Source: an uncultured Desulfobacterales bacterium
Lineage (GTDB): Bacteria > Desulfobacterota > Desulfobacteria > Desulfobacterales > Desulfosudaceae
Reading direction: 5' to 3'
Length of the DNA: 64,000 bases
Assembly: GCA_964632805.1 (NCBI GenBank)
Contig: CAZWCS010000005.1
Span: forward strand, 943 to 64,942
The stretch's first letter is position 1. Every line of letters starts with the position of its first letter. Position numbers and translations under genes: made by a program. Positions 55,805 through 62,901 of this stretch are shown piece after piece. Below the pieces are notes generated by a model. That model was not told where the DNA came from and searched no databases. It saw only the letters and a program-made list of their open reading frames with translations.

Positions 55805-56321
55805 CGCTGGAGAGTCTGCCAGGCAAATCATAAAATGGCTGGATCTGAAGCCCCATCCCGAAGGGGGCTTCTTTACAGAAACCTATCGCTGCCACGACAC
55901 TGTCCCGGCCGAGGCACTCCCCCGCCGGTACAGCGGAAACCGCAATCTGGGAACAGCCATTTATTTTCTGTTAACCAGCCGGGATGTTTCTCTTTTTCAT
56001 CGCCTGCAAACCGATGAAATCTGGCATTTTTACGATGGCAGTCCGTTGATACTCCATTTTCTGCACAAAAACGGAATTTATGAAACCCATAAGTTGGGAG
56101 TGGACATTGACCAGGCAGAGCGCCCGCAAATAGCGGCCCTTCGCGGGAGCTGGTTCGGAGCCACAGTGGCCCGGAAGGAATCATTTTCCCTGGTGGGTTG
56201 CACCACCGCCCCGGGCTTCGACTTTGCTGATTTTGAGCTGGCCGAACGCCGCCAACTGCTGGCAATTTACCCGCAGCATGCAGACATTATCAAAAAGCTC
56301 ACACCTGCTCCGGATCAATAG
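55797..56321 (+). CDS. cupin-fold protein (DUF985-like)
   Basis: 174-aa ORF. LKPHPEGGFFTETYR and TAIYFLL...FHRLQTDEIWHFYDG are typical of the DUF985 cupin. The ATG overlaps the MCP stop (AATGTCTAG). Confidence 0.7.
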   Translation: MSSAGESARQIIKWLDLKPHPEGGFFTETYRCHDTVPAEALPRRYSGNRNLGTAIYFLLTSRDVSLFHRLQTDEIWHFYDGSPLILHFLHKNGIYETHKLGVDIDQAERPQIAALRGSWFGATVARKESFSLVGCTTAPGFDFADFELAERRQLLAIYPQHADIIKKLTPAPDQ

Positions 56322-56371
56322 ACCGCTTCCGGTCATCTCCAAGCTGTGGCGGGTCTCCACGAAAATCCAAA

Positions 56372-56695
56372 CTACGAAAGCCGGAACTGTTTTTTCAGTT
56401 CCGGCTCATCTTCCATCAGATCAATGCCGTTTGCCGTAATCGTAACCATGGCCGTGATATAAGGGGGAAAGTCCTCGGATCTGCCCAGTTCCACAAAACC
56501 TTTCTTTTCCAGATAGGCCAGGTTCCAGTTTAATGCTTCCGGAGTTGTCCGGCATTCTTCCGCCAGTTCGCGAATATCTACTGCCGCATTGGGGGCGGTT
56601 TGAAAACACCGGTACAAAAAAACCATCATCCGGTATCGCAACTGAAAGTGCGCCGCAGGATCGGATTCCGTTGTTTTCATATGACCATCCTGCAT
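56372..56695 (-). CDS. small winged-helix-like DNA-binding protein (uncharacterised)
   Basis: VDIRELAEECRTTPEALNWNLAYLEKKGFVELGRS resembles a wHTH recognition unit. The start is uncertain (ATG 56695 or 56680; the ORF is open to 56752). Confidence 0.5.
   Translation of the reverse strand: MQDGHMKTTESDPAAHFQLRYRMMVFLYRCFQTAPNAAVDIRELAEECRTTPEALNWNLAYLEKKGFVELGRSEDFPPYITAMVTITANGIDLMEDEPELKKQFRLS
56379..56406. terminator. perfect 11-bp hairpin with T6/A6 loop between convergent genes, embedded in the last codons of the minus-strand gene
   Basis: AGCCGGAACTG (56379-56389), tttttt, CAGTTCCGGCT (56396-56406). On the minus strand it is followed by TTCGTAGTTTGGATTTT. Confidence 0.45.
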
Positions 56696-56906
56696 GTTTT
56701 TTGTGCGGCCTTCGGAGGCCACCGGAACTGCCCCCCGGGGGTACGTCGACACGAATTCACCAGTGCTGCGGCTTTCTCAATTTACAAACCGCGCCATCAG
56801 GCTGTGTCACAACCTCCGAAGAGGTCATTCCGGACAAGTCCCGCCGAAGGCAAGCGCGATCCGGAATCCCAAAAATGAATAATATCAGTTTTATACTGGA
56901 TCCCGG

Positions 56907-58160
56907 CTACATCATTTCCAAGGCCGTGGCCATGGAAACGCCGCCGCCGCCGCAGAGGGTGGCCAGACCCAGATTTTTTCCCCGTTTTTTCATGGCGTAC
57001 AGCAGAGAGACCATGATGCGGGCGCCGGTGCAGCCCACCGGGTGGCCCAGGCCGATACCGGAGCCGTTAACGTTGGTAATCTCCCGGTTCAACCCCAGTT
57101 CCTTTTCGCAGCCCAGATACTGAGCGGCAAAGGCTTCATTCAGCTCGATCAGTTCAAAAGCGTTCAGGTTCAAGTCCGGATTTTTCCGCAACAGATCGTT
57201 CACCGCCGGCACCGGGCTGAGGCCCATGACGGAAGGATGGCAGGCGCCCCGCCCCACTGCGGTGATCCGGGCCAGAGGGGTCAGCCCCAGCTCCCGGGCT
57301 TTATCCGCAGACATGAGAATCATGGCCGCGGCGCCGTCATTCAAGCCGGAAGCGTTGCCGGCCGTGACCTTGCCGATTTTGGGAATAAAGGCCGGCGGCA
57401 GTTTGGCCAGCTGCTCCAGGGTGGCCCCGGCCCGGAAATGTTCATCCTTGTCAAAAATTACCGGGGGTTTACCTTTTTTCTGGGGGATTTCCACCGGCAC
57501 GATCTCTTCCGCAAAATCGCCCTCTGCGGTAGCGCGTTCAGCATTGTTATGGCTTCTGACCGCAATTTCGTCCATCTCTTCCCGGCTGATATCATGATAA
57601 GCGGCGATCAGTTCCGCCGTATGGCCCATAATATAGGGTTTTCCCCGCAGATGATCGATGACTTCGCCTTCCTTGACCGGTCCGTCCTCCGGATGGGGAA
57701 TGATGTGAGAACCGCAGTGCAGCGCCCGCATCAAAGCGTCCACGAAGGTCTTGTCCTGCAGCCGGCAGCCCCAGCGGGCCTCGGGGACAATATACGGCAC
57801 ACCGGACATATGTTCCACACCGCCCGCCAGAATGATGTCGGCCATGCCTGCCTGAATCATGGCCATGCCGCTTACGGCCGCTTCCATCCCGGAAATACAT
57901 ACCCGGTTGATGGTCACGGCCGTAATATTGTCCGGAATATCCGCCAGCAGGGCCGCGGTACGGGTGACATTCAAAGCGTCCGCCGGGTCCAGGCAGCACC
58001 CGAAACGCACATCATCAATGATTTCCGCTTCGATGCCGGCCCGGGCAATGGCCTCCTTCATGGCCACGCTGCCGATCCGGGCGGCGTGAAGGTCTTTCAT
58101 GGACCCGCCGAATGTACCGATCGCGGTTCTGCAAGCCGAAACGATCACCACCTCTTTCAT
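56907..58160 (-). CDS. acetyl-CoA acetyltransferase (thiolase II-like)
   Basis: ATG 58160 follows AAGGAG. MKEVVIVSACRTAIGTFGGS, active-site INRVCISGMEA, C-terminal NVNGSGIGLGHPVGCTGARI and LCGGGGVS. The upstream 110 codons of the nominal ORF are not thiolase-like. Confidence 0.9.
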   Translation of the reverse strand: MKEVVIVSACRTAIGTFGGSMKDLHAARIGSVAMKEAIARAGIEAEIIDDVRFGCCLDPADALNVTRTAALLADIPDNITAVTINRVCISGMEAAVSGMAMIQAGMADIILAGGVEHMSGVPYIVPEARWGCRLQDKTFVDALMRALHCGSHIIPHPEDGPVKEGEVIDHLRGKPYIMGHTAELIAAYHDISREEMDEIAVRSHNNAERATAEGDFAEEIVPVEIPQKKGKPPVIFDKDEHFRAGATLEQLAKLPPAFIPKIGKVTAGNASGLNDGAAAMILMSADKARELGLTPLARITAVGRGACHPSVMGLSPVPAVNDLLRKNPDLNLNAFELIELNEAFAAQYLGCEKELGLNREITNVNGSGIGLGHPVGCTGARIMVSLLYAMKKRGKNLGLATLCGGGGVSMATALEMM

Positions 58161-58307
58161 AACCATCTCCTTTTTCTTCATTTTCGTATGCTTGTTGTTT
58201 TCGTAAAAAATTCGGATGGTATAACAGAATGAAAAAAGAGTCAAATTCTTTTCCCGGCCCTGTCGACAACCGGAAGATAGTGGCATGGAAAGACATTGGA
58301 CGGGCTT

Positions 58308-58366
58308 GACACGGATTTCACGGATGACACGGCAAACAAAAAAACCGTCAAAATTGACAAATTGAC
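58308..58366. repeat. short tandem repeats in the thiolase upstream region: 3 x 9 nt (GACACGGAT / TTCACGGAT / GACACGGCA) and 2 x 8 nt (AAATTGAC)
   Basis: Read directly: the 9-mers run 58308-58334, and the perfect 8-mer duplication runs 58351-58366. Confidence 0.7.
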
Positions 58367-58372
58367 TTAAGA

Positions 58373-59299
58373 TTACAGACCAATCCGGGGCCGCAAATCC
58401 CAGAAATAATCCAGAACATCCTCTTTCATCGGGGTCTGCATCTCCATGGACAAGGCGTTCCGGGGGCAACGGAAAGCGCATAACCCGCACCCGATGCAAA
58501 GATCTCCGTCAACGGAAAAACCGTCCGGCCCGAAGGCTATGGCCTCCATGGGGCAGGTTTGTTCACAAACGCCGCACTCCACGCAAGTATCGCCGACAGA
58601 CGGCTGCCAGCCGATGGACCGGAATCGCGACATAAACCGCCTGTCATAGAATTTAAAGGAGCGCAGCCCCTGACAGCAACAGGGGCAACAGAAGCATATC
58701 TCCACCACCTGGTCGCGCCGTTCTTCGGGAACCCCGAGCATGACCATTTCCATGCCGACCCACATGGTCAGACAGACCAGGCCCAGTTCCGCCGCCCGCT
58801 CAATATGCGCCAGCGCCTCGTCCACTGTAGCCTCCCGGGCGGTCCCCCGCTCCACCATGCAGCGACACCCCTCGCCGATCATAAGACATCCCAGATCAAT
58901 GGGGTATTTCTTGCATTGCAGACCGTCCCGGCAGAAACATTTGTGTTTTATAGCCCGGAAAGAAGCATCTTCCGCCGCTTTCCGGACCAGATCGATCGGC
59001 ACGGTGGTGCTTTCCGCCTGCCCGGCATAATTGAGATTCCGGTTGATGGGAAAAATATGGGCCTGGGTGGGATTGTCCCGGCCGTCCATCACCGACAGCC
59101 AGCGCATAACCGGCCCCAGAACCGGCAGGGAAAGATATTTCATCCACCAGCGGATAAAGGGATGAATTGTAATGTATTTATCCCAGTTGTCTTCAGAGAT
59201 GGCGATATACCGGGAAAAAAACCGGCTGCCGCCCATTCCGAACAGCCCGTTTAAATGCAGGGGACTGTGTTGCTTTCGGCGCTGGTTCCATTTTCGCAT
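58373..59299 (-). CDS. cysteine-rich Fe-S protein, paralogue 2
   Basis: ATG 59299 after AGGAGG. HKCFCRDGLQCKKYPIDLGCLMIG, EICFCCPCCCQGL, CVECGVCEQTCP, CIGCGLCAFRCP. Confidence 0.8.
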   Translation of the reverse strand: MRKWNQRRKQHSPLHLNGLFGMGGSRFFSRYIAISEDNWDKYITIHPFIRWWMKYLSLPVLGPVMRWLSVMDGRDNPTQAHIFPINRNLNYAGQAESTTVPIDLVRKAAEDASFRAIKHKCFCRDGLQCKKYPIDLGCLMIGEGCRCMVERGTAREATVDEALAHIERAAELGLVCLTMWVGMEMVMLGVPEERRDQVVEICFCCPCCCQGLRSFKFYDRRFMSRFRSIGWQPSVGDTCVECGVCEQTCPMEAIAFGPDGFSVDGDLCIGCGLCAFRCPRNALSMEMQTPMKEDVLDYFWDLRPRIGL

Positions 59300-59357
59300 G
59301 GATTTCCACCTCCTGTCGGCCCCCTGCGCAGGGACAGGGGGGCCGCCCTGATACCCG

Positions 59358-60278
59358 TTATTCCCGATTTTCCCGACTGACATTCTCCATCAGCCGACCG
59401 TCTCTTTGCAAAGCATACACTTTGCCCAGGGCCGCCACCGCAATACTGCCCATGGCCAATCCCCCGATCAGTCCCACCACCGGCTTCTGTGCCACCACAA
59501 GCACCAGCCCCAGGGCGTTCAAAAACAACACCAGATAAAGCGCCAGAGGACCATAGACGGTCAAATAGACGGATTTACGGGGCACCCGGCCGGTTTCCAG
59601 CATGAAGAAACGATAAATCAGCTGACAGACAAAAGCCACCTTCAACCAGCCGATAAAGTTGCTGATGGGAACCCCCTCGGCAATTTCCGGGAGATAAGGA
59701 CCGCCCTCGTGCCAGACCCACCAGCCCCGACCCACGGCAAAGGGATCCATCATCAGATCCCAGGTGGTGGTAGCCAGGGCGCCGAGCAGCGCCAGGACCA
59801 GATACGGCATCAGCCGCGTTGCCGGCGGTTTGGCCATATCGAACCGGAACCCCAGCAGAAAATCAGCCACATAATAGGCGGAATAGAGTATCGGCTCCCA
59901 GGCCAGGGCCACCAGCAGCGGCACCCCGATAATCTGAAAACCCAGGGCCTCGGGATAGTGGTAATGGCCGAAAACCATCCCGAAATGAACTCCCAGGGCC
60001 TCTGCGGTAAAGGCGCATAAAAACGTCAGCCCGAATGCCCCCAGACTGCGCCCCCATCCCTTGGTCAATACAGAATGCCAGATAACAAAAACATTCAACA
60101 GGATAATCAGGTTCATGGTATTGCATTCAAAAAACCCGAAGCCGCCGGTGATGACGGTCATGTCAAAGCCAAACCATGCTTTGCTCAAATGGATGCCAAA
60201 ATAAAGCCCGAAAAGTTCAATGGCACCGAAGACGCAGATATAAATAAACGCCCCCCGTCCCAAATCGGCATCATTCAT
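59358..60278 (-). CDS. polytopic membrane protein, DUF422 / 'carotenoid biosynthesis protein'-like
   Basis: AAGGAGG RBS. 306 aa with about 8 hydrophobic segments. ALGVHFGMVFGHYHYPEALGFQIIGVPLLVALAWEP resembles the DUF422 signature as I recall it. Confidence 0.5.
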   Translation of the reverse strand: MNDADLGRGAFIYICVFGAIELFGLYFGIHLSKAWFGFDMTVITGGFGFFECNTMNLIILLNVFVIWHSVLTKGWGRSLGAFGLTFLCAFTAEALGVHFGMVFGHYHYPEALGFQIIGVPLLVALAWEPILYSAYYVADFLLGFRFDMAKPPATRLMPYLVLALLGALATTTWDLMMDPFAVGRGWWVWHEGGPYLPEIAEGVPISNFIGWLKVAFVCQLIYRFFMLETGRVPRKSVYLTVYGPLALYLVLFLNALGLVLVVAQKPVVGLIGGLAMGSIAVAALGKVYALQRDGRLMENVSRENRE

Positions 60279-60392
60279 GTTCGCCTCCTTTTTTGATCAT
60301 TGAGAGGTATCCGCACCGGGCATTTCCATTCTTTCCCCATTTATTCCGGCTCCCGCTGCTTTTTCTTTTCCCGTAAACTTGCCGGAACCCCT

Positions 60393-61289
60393 TCAAACGG
60401 GATTTACCGGCGCCACCAGCCCGGTGAACTGTTCACTGAGCAGCCAAAGCGCCCGCCCCACGGTCGCATCTCTTGCATTGGCCGCGGGTGTTTTGCGCCG
60501 GGTGAGTTCAAAATACTGACCGCTGACCTTTTCCAGTTCGGGACTGGCCGCCAGATAATAGATGGCCTCCCCGGCCGCAGTGACCGGTGTCAGATAAATG
60601 CGGTCCAGAATGGCGGTTTTGATAAAATGATAAACCGCGCCGTTGTTTTCCACCCCGATATTGGTCACCACCTGTCCCGGATGGAGGCAGTTGACGGTCA
60701 CCCCGCTGTGTTTCAGACGACCGGCCAGCTCCCGGGTAAATATAATGGCCGCTGTCTTGGAAGCGCCATAGCTTTTGGTCCCCCGATATTTGCGTTTTTC
60801 CCAGTGCAAATCGTGAAGATCCAGCCCCCCGAATTGATGCCCTTTGGAAGCGGTAATGACGATCCGCGCCGGGGCGCTGGCCTGCAGCCGCTCAAGCAAC
60901 AGGCGGGTGAGCAGAAACACGGACAGATAATTAACGGCAAACACGGTTTCAAATCCATCAACCGTGATGGTGCGGGTGGTATAAAACACACCGGCGTTAT
61001 TGACCAGCACATGAATGGCGGGACAGGTTTCCAGCAGTTGTCCGGCCAGCCGGCGCACCTCCGCAAAAGAAGAGAGATCGGCCAAAAGCAGGTCAACCGG
61101 CCCTTTGGACGTGGCGGTGACTTCTTTCCGGGCCTTTTCTCCTTTCTCCCGGTTGCGGCAAACCATTACCAGGTGAGCCCCTTTTTCGGCCATCCGCCTG
61201 GCGGCTGCAAACCCTACGCCGGAATTGGCGCCGGTAACAACACAGACGCGGCCCACCAGAGAAGCCCCGGTTGTATGCTGTTTTTTCAT
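60393..61289 (-). CDS. short-chain dehydrogenase/reductase (retinol-dehydrogenase-like SDR)
   Basis: VCVVTGANSGVGFAAA (TGxxxGxG), NNAG, and a catalytic YGASK context. Confidence 0.85.
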   Translation of the reverse strand: MKKQHTTGASLVGRVCVVTGANSGVGFAAARRMAEKGAHLVMVCRNREKGEKARKEVTATSKGPVDLLLADLSSFAEVRRLAGQLLETCPAIHVLVNNAGVFYTTRTITVDGFETVFAVNYLSVFLLTRLLLERLQASAPARIVITASKGHQFGGLDLHDLHWEKRKYRGTKSYGASKTAAIIFTRELAGRLKHSGVTVNCLHPGQVVTNIGVENNGAVYHFIKTAILDRIYLTPVTAAGEAIYYLAASPELEKVSGQYFELTRRKTPAANARDATVGRALWLLSEQFTGLVAPVNPV

Positions 61290-61340
61290 ATTTGGCCCCT
61301 TATAAACAACTCGTCTCCCGAATGGAAAATTCGGGATCGA

Positions 61341-62162
61341 TCAGGTTACATCCCCGAAAGCCGCAATGCGTTGAATGGTTTCCTGCTTAAAATCGGGATT
61401 GTCCAGGGTCAGCCGGACGGCCTTTTCCGGACAGGCAGCCGCGCACCGGCCGCAACCCCGGCATTTATCCCCGTGAACCGCTTTGCCGGCTTCGACAGCA
61501 ATATTTTCATACGGACAAAAGGTCAGACAGGTACCGCAGCCCACGCATTGATCCGTTACTTCCACTTGCAGGCCCGGCAGCGGCGGTGCAATGGTGTGAA
61601 TCTGTTCGGCGGGAAGCCAGTTGTAAAAACGGGTCATGCAGCAGCAGTGGCAACAGAAACAGATGGCGATCAGTTTCCCTCTTTCCGGAATATGAAACAG
61701 AAAATTATCCACTACCGCCTTGCCGATATTGGGAACCAGGCCTGCGGCGATGGCTTTTTGAACATGTGCCCGGGCCTCCGCCTTGGTAACCATCCGTCCG
61801 AGACCGGCGGAAATATCCCGGGCGCTTTCCCCCAGAAAGAGGCAACCGATATCATGCGGAAAATTCTGACAGCTGTATGCCGTGCGGCAGCCGCAGGAGT
61901 TGACAATCATCCGGTGCGAAGACCGGTCGATAAATTCCCATAAAATCTGTTCCGGAAGGGGCACGCTGTCAAACTGCAACTCCGCGTTAATGGGTAACGG
62001 CGTCAGAATGTTCTTGTCCGCGGTTACCCAGGGATGCCATTTGCGAAGGCCGGGCAGCGCCACCACCCGGCAGACAAATTTGATACCCCCCAGCATGATT
62101 CGCAAAAACGCCGGGGATTTGCTGAATCGGGCCGCCATGTGGTCGTAAAATTGTTTGAACAT
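61341..62162 (-). CDS. cysteine-rich Fe-S protein, paralogue 3
   Basis: ATG 62162 lies 5 nt after GGAGG. NSCGCRTAYSCQNFPHDIGCLFLG, AICFCCHCCCMTR, CVGCGTCLTFCP, CRGCGRCAAACP. Confidence 0.8.
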   Translation of the reverse strand: MFKQFYDHMAARFSKSPAFLRIMLGGIKFVCRVVALPGLRKWHPWVTADKNILTPLPINAELQFDSVPLPEQILWEFIDRSSHRMIVNSCGCRTAYSCQNFPHDIGCLFLGESARDISAGLGRMVTKAEARAHVQKAIAAGLVPNIGKAVVDNFLFHIPERGKLIAICFCCHCCCMTRFYNWLPAEQIHTIAPPLPGLQVEVTDQCVGCGTCLTFCPYENIAVEAGKAVHGDKCRGCGRCAAACPEKAVRLTLDNPDFKQETIQRIAAFGDVT

Positions 62163-62196
62163 TTTGGCCTCCGTCCCTGGCAAAAGTTATTGTCGG

Positions 62197-62901
62197 CTAC
62201 TCCCGGCGTGCCGGACAGTCCGTGCGGGGACAATCATGACAGGGATTGTAGCCCGCAACATCCTTGTCTTCCCGCAAGCGGGCCACCCCGATCACCCCGG
62301 ATATGGATTTGCGGGGAAGCATCAAAAACGACTCCGTGAGGGTCACCCCGGTGGGGCAATCTGCAAACAGGCCAAAAACCGTTTTCTGCTCCCGAAGGGG
62401 CCAGTCGCAGTAGCCGGGGCTGAAGCGACGGGTCACCCCTTTCTCTTCAGCGGCATATTTTTCCCCTAAGTGTTTGTGAAACGTCTCCACCATGCTTTCC
62501 GCCGCCAGGGAGCCGATTACATCAAGAATATACGCCTCCGTGAGCGATCCCTCCGACATGACTTTTGCCAGGCGCTCTTCCAGCCACCCGCCGATGGTTC
62601 CGATAAAGCAGACCGCCTCCTGACAGTACGACAGTGTCTTACAAATTCTGGAGCTTTTTATTTGCACATTGTCTCCGGCAAGGCATAACGCTTTTTTGTC
62701 TACGTACTCGATTGACTGTATCCGGTAATGCAGCCGGGGTTGAAACAGATCATCCACCTCCGGCAGCAGATGATTGACAATGCTCTCCACCGAAGGGGCC
62801 AGACGTTTTTTGCGATGATTATTGGTTAAGGCCCCGACAATATCTGCTTGGGATAATTGAACCGGCTCCCGGTACAGGGTCACGTCAGTTGTAGTAACCA
62901 T
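62197..62901 (-). CDS. stand-alone protein resembling the MetH (B12-dependent methionine synthase) reactivation/AdoMet-binding domain
   Basis: 234-aa ORF. RRFSPGYCDWPLREQKTVFGLF...GVTLTESFLMLPRKSISGVIGV matches the Met_synt_B12 activation-domain signature as I recall it. The start overlaps the upstream gene by 17 nt. Confidence 0.65.
   Translation of the reverse strand: MVTTTDVTLYREPVQLSQADIVGALTNNHRKKRLAPSVESIVNHLLPEVDDLFQPRLHYRIQSIEYVDKKALCLAGDNVQIKSSRICKTLSYCQEAVCFIGTIGGWLEERLAKVMSEGSLTEAYILDVIGSLAAESMVETFHKHLGEKYAAEEKGVTRRFSPGYCDWPLREQKTVFGLFADCPTGVTLTESFLMLPRKSISGVIGVARLREDKDVAGYNPCHDCPRTDCPARRE

Noticed and set aside
57042-58232. 396-aa plus-strand ORF antisense to the second thiolase
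   Set aside because: Shadow ORF with low-complexity composition.
60300-61943. 547-aa plus-strand ORF opposite the SDR and Fe-S paralogue 3
   Set aside because: Shadow ORF. There are no motifs, and the opposite strand has strong SDR and ferredoxin signatures with good RBSs.
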